A stretch of 64,000 nucleotides of DNA from Bacilli bacterium (GTDB lineage Bacteria > Bacillota_I > Bacilli_A > RFN20 > CAG-826): positions 29,417 through 93,416 of the forward strand of contig JAKSVF010000001.1 of assembly GCA_024408235.1 (NCBI GenBank), written 5' to 3'. The position numbers and the translations under genes were made by a program. Position 1 is the stretch's first letter. Every line of letters starts with the position of its first letter. Below the pieces are notes generated by a model. It was given only the letters and a program-made list of their open reading frames with translations, made no database searches and was not told the DNA's origin. Below, in pieces: positions 29,362 through 37,973 of this stretch.

Positions 29362-31563
29362 ATGCAATTAGTGAGCGTCTTAACACAGTATGGAGCTCGT
29401 GCATTAGCGCGAACTTTTTCTTATGTGTACTTTGGCAAGAAAAAAGTTGCTGAGCGTTTTAGAGTAAGAATCAACTTTAACGGTAAAGAAATCATGGGCT
29501 TTGTAACAGAAGTTCAGGTTGTCGATAAAACCCAAAATGAGCTTGAACAGGAGTGCGGATACGCAATAAAAGAGATTTACGAGTCAGACATCATTGATGA
29601 GGAACCTCTTATTAATGATGAATTGATGGAACTCGCCAATCAGGTTGCCGATTATTACATGGCGCCTCTTATCTCTGTTCTTCAGGCAATGCTCCCAAAG
29701 ACATTATCGCCAAAGATGTCATCATTGAAGGGTCCTAAAATCGCATATGAGAAGTGGGCCAAGGTTATAGATCAAAATGAAGACGGCCTTACACCAAAAC
29801 AAATAGAAATGTTGAGGCTCATCGCATCGAATGGTGATGTTCTCAAGAAAGAGTGCGGATCACCTGCGATTCTTAAAGCGTTAGAAGATAAGAAGAAAGT
29901 GCTTATTTTTAATAAGGAGAAGATGAGATTCGTTCTTCCTCCTGAAGAAAGAGAAAATCCGCATGAGATGTCTCTTGAGCAAAGAAGCGCATATGACACA
30001 ATTCTTTCTGCGCAGAAAGATGTTGTACTACTTCAGGGTGTTACTGGTTCTGGTAAAACCGAGGTATATCTTAGAGTATCGGAGAAATATCTCGAGGATG
30101 GAAAGACTGTTTTAATGCTTGTTCCCGAGATTAATCTCACCCCTCAGATGGTCGAGTATTTTTCACGCAGATTCGGGCCAAAAGTCGCGATTCTTCATAG
30201 CGAGTTGACCCCAGGGGAAAGATATGACGAATATCGTAGAATCGCGCAAGGCAAGGCTCAGATTGTTGTGGGGGCTAGAAGTGCGGTTTTCGCTCCGTTA
30301 AACAACATCGGATTAATCATCTTAGACGAAGAACACGTCGAGTCATATAAACAGGATAATTCTCCATATTACCACGCGAGAGAAGTCGCCATTATGAGAG
30401 GCAAGATCTCTAATGCAAAGGTGTTGCTTGGTTCTGCTACGCCTACTCTTGAGACAAAAGCTCGCGCTATGAGAGGCGTCTATGGTTACGCTGAGATGAA
30501 AAATAGAGTCAATAAGCGTCCTCTTCCTAAGACTCAGATCATAGATTTATGCAATAGATTTAACTACGATAAAAAATCCGAAAAGATCACAAAGCCTGTT
30601 TTACAGGCTATCCAAGAAAGAATCGGAAGAAAAGAACAGTCATTACTTCTCATCAACAGACGTGGATACTGGACCGCCATAAATTGTCCTCAATGCGGAT
30701 ACATTTTCGCTTGCCCTCAATGCGGAGGCAATCTTACATACCATGTTCACGACCACATGCTCAAATGCCATCACTGCGGTGAAGTCCAGATTCATCCTGA
30801 CAAATGTCCTGGCTGTGGTTATACCAAATTAAGAAGAGTTGGATATGGGACGGAACGAATTGTTGAGGAACTTAAAGAGATTATTCCAGGTTGTAGAGTG
30901 GCAAGAATGGATTCTGATGTCAGCCAAGTTTCCAAAAAAATGGAAGAGACTTTGAAGGCATTTAGAAACGGTGAATACGATATCCTTGTCGGAACTCAAA
31001 TGATTGCAAAAGGACATGACTTCCCTAACGTCACGCTATCAAGTGTTGTTATGGCAGATATCGGATTATCTCTGCCTACATATCGCGCGGCGGAGAGAAC
31101 CTTCCAGCTGATCGCGCAGGCTGTTGGAAGAAGTGGTCGCTCATCAAAAGAAGGTGTCGCTTTCATACAGACTTATAACCCTAAACATTATGCCATAACT
31201 CTCGGTGCTACCCAGGATTTTGAAAGATTTTTCATTCGCGAAATGAATGAGAGAAAGCTTACCCAATACCCTCCATATGTCTATTTAATCCTACTTGAAT
31301 TCGCTTCTGCTAATGAAGAAAAATGCGTAAATGCAGCTTATGACATTAAGACAGCTCTAGAGGATAAAAACCTCGACACATTGACGGTTGTTGGACCGAT
31401 TACCCCGTTCTATTCGATGATAGCAGGAAAACATAAGAGAGTCGTTCTTCTAAAAATGAAGAAACGCGAACCTGTTGTCGAGGCCTTAAAAGACCTTTTA
31501 TCATCGCCTATTTCTTCAGGCTCCGTCGACATTTCAATCAACGTTGACCCATTAGATTATTAA
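29362..31563 (+). CDS. priA: primosomal protein N' (replication restart helicase)
   Basis: Shows the Walker A GVTGSGKTEVY, the DEEH box and the Zn-finger region CPQCG...CPQCGG...CHHCG...CPGCG. The length is 733 aa. Confidence 0.93.
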   Translation: MQLVSVLTQYGARALARTFSYVYFGKKKVAERFRVRINFNGKEIMGFVTEVQVVDKTQNELEQECGYAIKEIYESDIIDEEPLINDELMELANQVADYYMAPLISVLQAMLPKTLSPKMSSLKGPKIAYEKWAKVIDQNEDGLTPKQIEMLRLIASNGDVLKKECGSPAILKALEDKKKVLIFNKEKMRFVLPPEERENPHEMSLEQRSAYDTILSAQKDVVLLQGVTGSGKTEVYLRVSEKYLEDGKTVLMLVPEINLTPQMVEYFSRRFGPKVAILHSELTPGERYDEYRRIAQGKAQIVVGARSAVFAPLNNIGLIILDEEHVESYKQDNSPYYHAREVAIMRGKISNAKVLLGSATPTLETKARAMRGVYGYAEMKNRVNKRPLPKTQIIDLCNRFNYDKKSEKITKPVLQAIQERIGRKEQSLLLINRRGYWTAINCPQCGYIFACPQCGGNLTYHVHDHMLKCHHCGEVQIHPDKCPGCGYTKLRRVGYGTERIVEELKEIIPGCRVARMDSDVSQVSKKMEETLKAFRNGEYDILVGTQMIAKGHDFPNVTLSSVVMADIGLSLPTYRAAERTFQLIAQAVGRSGRSSKEGVAFIQTYNPKHYAITLGATQDFERFFIREMNERKLTQYPPYVYLILLEFASANEEKCVNAAYDIKTALEDKNLDTLTVVGPITPFYSMIAGKHKRVVLLKMKKREPVVEALKDLLSSPISSGSVDISINVDPLDY

Positions 31564-31624
31564 TACCCATTTTTGATAATTTTATCAAATTTTACTATTC
31601 CTCTATTCGTGGCATTTTTTCATG

Positions 31625-31633
31625 TGATATAAT
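31625..31633 (+). promoter_or_regulatory. extended -10 promoter element TGaTATAAT embedded in a 17-bp palindrome
   Basis: The sequence TGTGATATAAT matches the Gram-positive TRTGnTATAAT pattern. The palindrome ATGTGAT-ATA-ATCACAT spans 31622-31638. Confidence 0.5.
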
Positions 31634-31656
31634 CACATATGAATCGAGGATTCAAT

Positions 31657-32166
31657 ATGATCACCATTTCTTTATTAGGCTTAGACCAATACGTGGCTGG
31701 CCACTACAGCAAGACGCACACAGAAAATCTCGCTCAGCTTTTCGAAGTTGATGAAGACGCAGTATCTTTCTATGCGCCAAATTCCATCATTATTCACAAT
31801 GGAGTAGAACAGACTTCATGGAACACCGAAGTCAGAGTTCACCTTCCTACAAAGTTCGCACCACTTGAAGAGAAGGTTGCCGATTACCTTATCCAGACCC
31901 TTAAGGAAATCACAATTAACATGAACATAACATTCGAGTATTACGAAGAGGCTAGCCACTACGAATACCAGAATGATGAATACCCTAAGTTCATCAGAGC
32001 CGACAACATCGTCGACATGGATGACCCATACGCAGAAGAAAACGAAGAGGAATACGATGGACCAACTCCAGAGCCTTACCTCGGAAATATATTCGCCGGC
32101 AAAGAGGAAGAGTTAGACGCTAAATATAGCGCTGATGAAGAATACCTCACTGAAGAAGATAAATAA
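31657..32166 (+). CDS. hypothetical protein with strongly acidic C-terminal tail
   Basis: The ATG at 31657 is preceded by a GAGGA SD at 6-nt spacing. The in-frame ATG at 31639 lies only 5 nt after the -10 hexamer, so the alternative start is 31639. The tail is rich in E/D/Y (EENEEEYDGP...EEYLTEEDK). Confidence 0.6.
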   Translation: MITISLLGLDQYVAGHYSKTHTENLAQLFEVDEDAVSFYAPNSIIIHNGVEQTSWNTEVRVHLPTKFAPLEEKVADYLIQTLKEITINMNITFEYYEEASHYEYQNDEYPKFIRADNIVDMDDPYAEENEEEYDGPTPEPYLGNIFAGKEEELDAKYSADEEYLTEEDK

Positions 32167-32179
32167 TGGGGAGAATAGT

Positions 32180-33499
32180 ATGCAGACATTAGATATTTGT
32201 GAAGCAGTATTAACAGACGTTCTTGCCAATGACGTCTCATTCGCTGACGCTCTCAAAAAGGTCTTTAAATCAAGCGTTGACCTCCGCCCTCAGAGAAATA
32301 CAGTCGCATCTTTGGTTGGATGTGAACTTCGTCACCATCTTCTCTTCTCTTATCTCTTGAAGCCAATTGAAGTTTTGACTGATGAAGAAAAGAGACTTGT
32401 CTCTTTATGTCTTGCTGAGTATTACTTCTATCAGAGACTCAACAAAGATGAAGTCGATAGCCACCTCCTTGCAAAACTTGGAGAAGAAAAAATTGAACTC
32501 CTCAAACCGTTATTCGATAAATCGGGTAAGCCTGAGGAATACATCCCAGCTGAGATATCAAAATCAAGCAACAAGTACTTATCATTAAGATACAACACCC
32601 CAGAATGGGTTCTTAAGATCATTGAGCATTATGGTTTCGGAACAACGTACAAAGTATTAAGAAAAAATGCTCAGCAGAGAATCTCGACCGTCCGTGTTAG
32701 AGAAGGCTTTGATAAGAATACAATAGATCCTAACGCTTTCAAAGGCTCACCTGTGCCAGGTATTTATTACTATCAGGGCAAGGAATCCCTAAGAAAACTA
32801 GAAGCCGCCAAAGAAGGCAAGATCTTCAATGAAAGACTAGCGACTAAATTTATCTTAGATAAATACAGAGTCAGCGATCCTTCAGAACTTTTCATCTTTG
32901 ATGGAAATGGCGATGGTTCAATCTTCAAAGAAGCAATCGAAACCTACGGCACAAAGATCGGAATGAACTTTGGAGTCTATTCCGAAGACAAGTATGCAGA
33001 TGTCGCTAGAATGATTAGAACCGAAGGCTTAAAGAACATTAACTACTTTGCAGCTGATCCAACATTCCTTGATGCAGCTATCTCTCGCCCACAGGATTTG
33101 GTAATCGTATCGCCTAAATCCACAAACTTTGATTTGATTAGAGAACAGCCAGATTATCTTCTTCACTTCAAGAAGAGCGAAATGGATGAACTCTTTAGAA
33201 AAGAGAAAGAAGCGCTTGAAGGCGTTTCTAAGGTTGTCGCAGATGATGGACTCCTCATCTACATGGTTTACACAATCAGCAAGAAAGAAGGCCACCAGAC
33301 GATCTCCGAATTCTTGCTCAACCACACAGAATTCAAGTTCGTTAAAGAAGAACAGCTCTTCCCTCAGGATGAACTCGACACAGCAATGTACTACGCTGTT
33401 CTCAAAAAAGAAGAGAATGCTATCATTCTTGATAACCCAGCATCATTGGCTAACCCATTAGAGGGAACGGCCTTCGCTATGTCAGCAAAGGAAAGATAG
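32180..33499 (+). CDS. RsmB/Sun-like protein (NusB-like N-domain plus degenerate m5C RNA methyltransferase fold)
   Basis: The position between priA and rlmN is that of rsmB. The fold blocks align to RsmB: FIFDGNGDGS (motif I region), LVIVSPKSTNFDLIREQPD (motif IV region) and GLLIYMVYTISKKEG (motif VI region). Neither catalytic Cys is present. The start at 32180 has a GGGGA SD. Confidence 0.6.
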   Translation: MQTLDICEAVLTDVLANDVSFADALKKVFKSSVDLRPQRNTVASLVGCELRHHLLFSYLLKPIEVLTDEEKRLVSLCLAEYYFYQRLNKDEVDSHLLAKLGEEKIELLKPLFDKSGKPEEYIPAEISKSSNKYLSLRYNTPEWVLKIIEHYGFGTTYKVLRKNAQQRISTVRVREGFDKNTIDPNAFKGSPVPGIYYYQGKESLRKLEAAKEGKIFNERLATKFILDKYRVSDPSELFIFDGNGDGSIFKEAIETYGTKIGMNFGVYSEDKYADVARMIRTEGLKNINYFAADPTFLDAAISRPQDLVIVSPKSTNFDLIREQPDYLLHFKKSEMDELFRKEKEALEGVSKVVADDGLLIYMVYTISKKEGHQTISEFLLNHTEFKFVKEEQLFPQDELDTAMYYAVLKKEENAIILDNPASLANPLEGTAFAMSAKER

Positions 33500-33503
33500 A
33501 ATC

Positions 33504-34553
33504 ATGAAGAAGAATCTCTTTGGTTTTTCGCTTCCTGCTTTAGAAGAAGAAATGACAAGCCGTGGAGAAACTCGTTATAGAGCAAGACAGCTTTATGAGT
33601 GGATTTACGTTAAAAAAGTCTATGACTTCTCGTTAATGACAGATATATCCAAGAATTTCAGAAAAGTTCTTGAGGAAGAATATTGCTTGGACTTGCCAAC
33701 AATTTTCACACGCCAAAATGCCGCTGACGGAACCGTCAAGTTATTACTTGAGATGGAAGATCATTCAAAGGTTGAGACGGTCCTTATGAGATATGATTAC
33801 GGCAATGTCATCTGCGTATCGTCTCAAGTCGGATGCTCAATGGCTTGTGCTTTTTGCGCCTCCGGAATTCTAGCCAAGACAAGAAACCTTACTGCATCGG
33901 AAATGGTAGGGGAAGTCATTCTTATGAACCAGTTACTTGCTGAAGAGGGTGAGAATATCTCCCATATCGTTGTAATGGGAACCGGTGAGCCATTTGACAA
34001 TTACGATAACGTAATGTCATTTGTGAGAGTCATGAATGAGCAAAGGGGCCTTGCGATTGGTGCAAGACACATAACCGTCTCCACATGCGGCCTTGTCGAT
34101 GGCATCAGGAAATACGCTAACGAGGGAATTCAAATCAATCTTGCGATTTCTCTCCATGCCCCAAATGATGAAATCAGAAATCAGATAATGCCAATTTCAA
34201 GAAAATACAACATGGATGAGCTTCTCGATGCAGTTAAATACTATGTTGAAACAGCAGGGCGCAGAGTCACTTTTGAATATATCATGATCAAAGGTCTTAA
34301 CGACTCAATTGAGAATGCTGATGAACTTGCTAGAAGACTCAGGGGAATTTTCTGTTACGTTAACCTCATTCCGCTGAATCCAGTTAAAGAAAAACCGTTT
34401 GAAAGAAGCGAAAATGTCCACGCTTTCAATAGGCGTTTAAACGATAAAGGTGTCAACTGTACTGTAAGAAAAGAGTTCGGTACAGATATTGATGCCGCTT
34501 GTGGACAACTCAGAGTTAAATATGAGAGGAAGGGGAAGAACTATGGCAACTAA
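33504..34553 (+). CDS. rlmN: 23S rRNA/tRNA m2A methyltransferase, radical SAM
   Basis: Shows YRARQLYEWIY, the radical-SAM cluster motif GCSMACAFCASG, GEPFDNYDNV and the C-terminal Cys in DIDAACGQL. Confidence 0.93.
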   Translation: MKKNLFGFSLPALEEEMTSRGETRYRARQLYEWIYVKKVYDFSLMTDISKNFRKVLEEEYCLDLPTIFTRQNAADGTVKLLLEMEDHSKVETVLMRYDYGNVICVSSQVGCSMACAFCASGILAKTRNLTASEMVGEVILMNQLLAEEGENISHIVVMGTGEPFDNYDNVMSFVRVMNEQRGLAIGARHITVSTCGLVDGIRKYANEGIQINLAISLHAPNDEIRNQIMPISRKYNMDELLDAVKYYVETAGRRVTFEYIMIKGLNDSIENADELARRLRGIFCYVNLIPLNPVKEKPFERSENVHAFNRRLNDKGVNCTVRKEFGTDIDAACGQLRVKYERKGKNYGN

Positions 34554-35295
34554 ATACCGTGGAAGCTATGGATATAAAGTCCATCCAGGCAAAGTTCGCA
34601 CAAACAACGAAGACCAGGCGTCCGTTTTGATGAATCCAGATGGTGAAATCCTTCTTGTCGTTTGCGATGGAATGGGCGGATCACAGAAAGGTGATGTTGC
34701 CTCAAGAATGGCGATCGACATCATAACCAAATCATTCCCCTCAAAGAAAAAACATGTTTTTGCGAGCGCTGATAAGGCTTGGCTTACAAAAATTGCTAAG
34801 AAGGCAAATTCCGCTATCTACGAAACAGCCGATAAGAATCCTAGGTATAAAGGTATGGGAACTACGCTTGTTGCGGCCCTTATCTCTAATAAGAGGATGA
34901 TTGTTGTCTCCATTGGCGATAGCCGTTGCTATTGTTTAAAAGACGGTGAAATTAAACAACTGACAGAGGATCAGACCTATGTTCAGATGTTAATCAACAC
35001 CGGAAAGATCACTCCAGAAGAAGCCCTTACTCATCCAAAGAGACACGTTCTTTTGAACGCGATGGGCATCTATCCGTCATTATCAATCGACATCAAACAA
35101 TATAAATACCGTGGGGAAACAATTTTATTATGCACTGATGGTTTATATAACCAGGTTCCAGCGGATGAGATAAAGGCAATTCTCTCAAGCGATGAGAGAG
35201 TTGACCAGAAACCAATATCACTAATCATCGCCGCTAACGCACACGGCGGAAGCGACAACATTGGAGTTGCTGTTTGGGAGACTGAAGCACAATGA
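34543..35295 (+). CDS. PP2C-family Ser/Thr protein phosphatase
   Basis: Shows NEDQ, VCDGMGG, GMGTT, LCTDGL and GGSDNIG. The start at 34543 (MATKYRG) follows a purine-rich SD and overlaps the rlmN end. Confidence 0.9.
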   Translation: MATKYRGSYGYKVHPGKVRTNNEDQASVLMNPDGEILLVVCDGMGGSQKGDVASRMAIDIITKSFPSKKKHVFASADKAWLTKIAKKANSAIYETADKNPRYKGMGTTLVAALISNKRMIVVSIGDSRCYCLKDGEIKQLTEDQTYVQMLINTGKITPEEALTHPKRHVLLNAMGIYPSLSIDIKQYKYRGETILLCTDGLYNQVPADEIKAILSSDERVDQKPISLIIAANAHGGSDNIGVAVWETEAQ

Positions 35296-36173
35296 TAGAG
35301 ATCGGAAGTAAAATAGACGGTCGCTATCGTGTAACCGGTCGTATCGCTCACGGCGGTATGGCAGATGTCTACGAGGGCTTTGATTCACTATCCCATCGCT
35401 ATGTCGCAATCAAGGTCATGCGAGTCGATTGCATGGCTGACCCAGAAAATATCAAGCGTTTTAGAAAAGAGTGCGAGGCATGCGCTTGTTTTAATTCGCC
35501 TCATATCGTCCGCATCTATGGTCAGGGCACTGTTGATGGTGGACGCCCTTACATGATTAACGAGTATGTTGAGGGCAGAACTTTAAGAGATAAATTGAAC
35601 ATGGTTGAAAACCATTGTTTAAGCGCTAGAGAAGCATGTGAATTCATGGTGCAGCTTTGCCTTGGAATGCAATACGTCCATGATCATGGAGTTGTTCATC
35701 GTGACATCAAGCCGGATAACATGTTCTACGCCGCAGACGGCTCTGTCAAAATCACCGACTTCGGAATTTCCAGTCATGTCGGCGAAAAAGCAAATAGAGA
35801 AGCCATTCCTGGAACGCTATTCTATACGGCTCCAGAAATCATCACAGGAGGAGACCCTCTCATCCAATCTGACATTTTTTCGATGGGTGTAGTTTTCTAT
35901 GAGATGCTAACGGGCAAACTCCCTTTCAGCGGGGAAGATAAGAAAGCTGTCGTAAGCGCAATCGTTAAAAAGAGCGCTCCAATTCCATCAGATGAGTATT
36001 CTTCGATTCCTAAAGCGGTTGATAGAATCGTCATTAAATGCCTTCGCAAGAGACATCAAGAGAGATATCAGAACTGCAATCAACTTAGAAGAGCGATCGA
36101 ATCTGTCCTTAAGGACAAGAATGCTTTTAAGGAAAAGAAATCACTCTTATCAAAGATATTTGGATTCAAATAA
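35292..36173 (+). CDS. Ser/Thr protein kinase, catalytic domain only (293 aa)
   Basis: Hanks motifs are present: GGMADVY, AIKV, HRDIKPDN, DFGIS and APE. There is no TM segment or PASTA repeat after the kinase domain. The start shares an ATGA overlap with the phosphatase gene. Confidence 0.9.
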   Translation: MIEIGSKIDGRYRVTGRIAHGGMADVYEGFDSLSHRYVAIKVMRVDCMADPENIKRFRKECEACACFNSPHIVRIYGQGTVDGGRPYMINEYVEGRTLRDKLNMVENHCLSAREACEFMVQLCLGMQYVHDHGVVHRDIKPDNMFYAADGSVKITDFGISSHVGEKANREAIPGTLFYTAPEIITGGDPLIQSDIFSMGVVFYEMLTGKLPFSGEDKKAVVSAIVKKSAPIPSDEYSSIPKAVDRIVIKCLRKRHQERYQNCNQLRRAIESVLKDKNAFKEKKSLLSKIFGFK

Positions 36174-36176
36174 ACA

Positions 36177-36842
36177 ATGGGAAATTATAAGAACAAAACA
36201 ACATATATAGCCCCATCTATTCTCGCTGCAGATCCGAATAGAATCGAAGACGAAATAGCGTTGATAAAGACTTCGAAGGCTGCATTCGTCCATATAGACA
36301 TAATGGATGGAAAATTCGTTAGAGCGACGACTTTTAATGATGATTTCGTAAAAAGGGTAATCGACGTTTCTGATCGTCTAGTCAAGGATGTCCATATAAT
36401 GGTGGAAGAGCCGTGGATTATCGGTCCTAAGTTTGCAAAGATGGGTGCATCTATTGTCACGTTCCACTATGAGGCGTGCGGAGATGACCAGGTCGTTTTT
36501 AAGACTATCAAAGCCATAAGAGACGCCGGCTCTAAAGTCGGAATATCAATCAAGCCTAATACGCCAGTAGAAGTATTGAATCCTTTTCTTGACCAAATCG
36601 ACCTTGTTCTTATTATGACGGTAGAACCTGGCGCTGGTGGCCAATCGTTCATGGCAGATATGATGGTGAAAGTTAAGAAACTCTCATCAATTGATGGCCG
36701 TAAGTTTTTGATTGAGTGCGATGGTGGAATAAAAGACACCACCGTCTCAATCGTTAAAGAAGCTGGAGCCGACGTTTTGGTCGCTGGTTCATATTTATTC
36801 GGTCATAAAGATTTTAAAGAAAGAGTGGAGACCCTTTTATAA
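36177..36842 (+). CDS. rpe: ribulose-phosphate 3-epimerase
   Basis: Shows APSILAAD, HIDIMDG.FV, MTVEPGAGGQSF and DGGI. Confidence 0.93.
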   Translation: MGNYKNKTTYIAPSILAADPNRIEDEIALIKTSKAAFVHIDIMDGKFVRATTFNDDFVKRVIDVSDRLVKDVHIMVEEPWIIGPKFAKMGASIVTFHYEACGDDQVVFKTIKAIRDAGSKVGISIKPNTPVEVLNPFLDQIDLVLIMTVEPGAGGQSFMADMMVKVKKLSSIDGRKFLIECDGGIKDTTVSIVKEAGADVLVAGSYLFGHKDFKERVETLL

Positions 36843-37516
36843 TGCCTATTTCATATTTCATCTTATTTACTGCCGTGCCTGCTATCATGTTAGCGGCCTT
36901 CCTAATCACCGTTTTCTTCGGTTACAAAAAAGAAGGAGAGGAATACTCCCTCAAAGCTTATTTGACTTATGAGGCCTTCGAGAGAATGAATCCGGCTACA
37001 AGGGTTATAGCGCGCATACTATATTTTATATATTTAGCCTCGCTACTTCCTTTCTATGCCTATGTCATTAAATATAGTGGTGGATATAACGATCAACTCG
37101 TATTATTCTCCGTCTTCAACTTATTGGCAGGAGTTGTAGCAGTTGGTATAAGCGTTGCCCTTACGTATGTAAAAGCAACATTGCCTCAGCCTCATCTATT
37201 CCTTGCGATAGGTCATGGGCTGGTGGTTGTCGTAAATGCGTTCACAATGTCTAGCGTATTGAATCTCATCAGAACGGCTAACATGGTAAGTTCAAGATAT
37301 GACATATTCATATTGATCGTCATCGTTCTCCTTATACTCATAGCGACATTTGTCATCCTCTTATTCGTGAAGAGGGATGTCTATTCTTGGGAATATGTAG
37401 AGAAAGAAGGTAAGAGAAGTTTCTTTGCCTTAGCGTTCACGGAATGGTTAGTAGTATTCTTCAATCTTGCCGTCTACTTAATAAGCGTCATCTCATTATT
37501 TGTTATCAATTGCTAA
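36842..37516 (+). CDS. hypothetical polytopic membrane protein
   Basis: A 224-aa protein with about 6 hydrophobic segments. It shares a 1-nt overlap with rpe. No family is recognised. Confidence 0.55.
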   Translation: MPISYFILFTAVPAIMLAAFLITVFFGYKKEGEEYSLKAYLTYEAFERMNPATRVIARILYFIYLASLLPFYAYVIKYSGGYNDQLVLFSVFNLLAGVVAVGISVALTYVKATLPQPHLFLAIGHGLVVVVNAFTMSSVLNLIRTANMVSSRYDIFILIVIVLLILIATFVILLFVKRDVYSWEYVEKEGKRSFFALAFTEWLVVFFNLAVYLISVISLFVINC

Positions 37517-37527
37517 AAGCGATAAAA

Positions 37528-37556
37528 AAGAAGCGGGGTTCCCGCTTCTATTTTTC
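37528..37556. terminator. bidirectional rho-independent terminator
   Basis: The stem AGAAGCGGG/CCCGCTTCT has the loop GTT. It is flanked by an A6 run upstream and TATTTTTC downstream, so it serves both convergent genes. Confidence 0.85.
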
Positions 37557-37574
37557 TTTGGTAAGAAGAACTAA

Positions 37575-37772
37575 TTACTCAGCTTCTTTAGCGCTCTTGT
37601 TGAGTGAGCGATAAGCACGAGCACTCATCTTAACAGTAACAACTTTACCGTTGACGTTGAGTTTGTACTTGTGAAGGTTGACGTTCCAAACACGTCTTGT
37701 TGCTCTAACAGAGTGGGAACGATTGTTTCCGCTCATTGGTCCTTTACCTGTGATCTGGCATACTCTTGACAT
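37575..37772 (-). CDS. rpmB: 50S ribosomal protein L28
   Basis: The sequence MSRVCQITGKGPMSGNNRSHSVRATRRVWNVNL is the L28 signature. An AAAGGAGTG SD precedes the start. The upstream 14 codons of the tracked ORF are discounted. Confidence 0.95.
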   Translation of the reverse strand: MSRVCQITGKGPMSGNNRSHSVRATRRVWNVNLHKYKLNVNGKVVTVKMSARAYRSLNKSAKEAE

Positions 37773-37937
37773 AATTAATTCACTCCTTTTCGGGTTACGA
37801 CTCGAAAATCGCATTTAGGAATATACCACTATGGAAGCAATTGGGCAACCAAATATTAAAATATTTTAGATAAAACACCGAATATGAAGAAAATATAGCA
37901 GGATACGCAAAGGAAAAGGTTCATTTCATAGATATTG

Positions 37938-37946
37938 TGATACAAT
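37938..37946 (+). promoter_or_regulatory. extended -10 element TGaTACAAT upstream of glgC
   Basis: The sequence TGTGATACAAT lies 28 nt upstream of the glgC ATG. A GGAGGG SD lies at 37962-37967. Confidence 0.5.
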
Positions 37947-37973
37947 ATAGGCACAATTTTTGGAGGGAAAATT

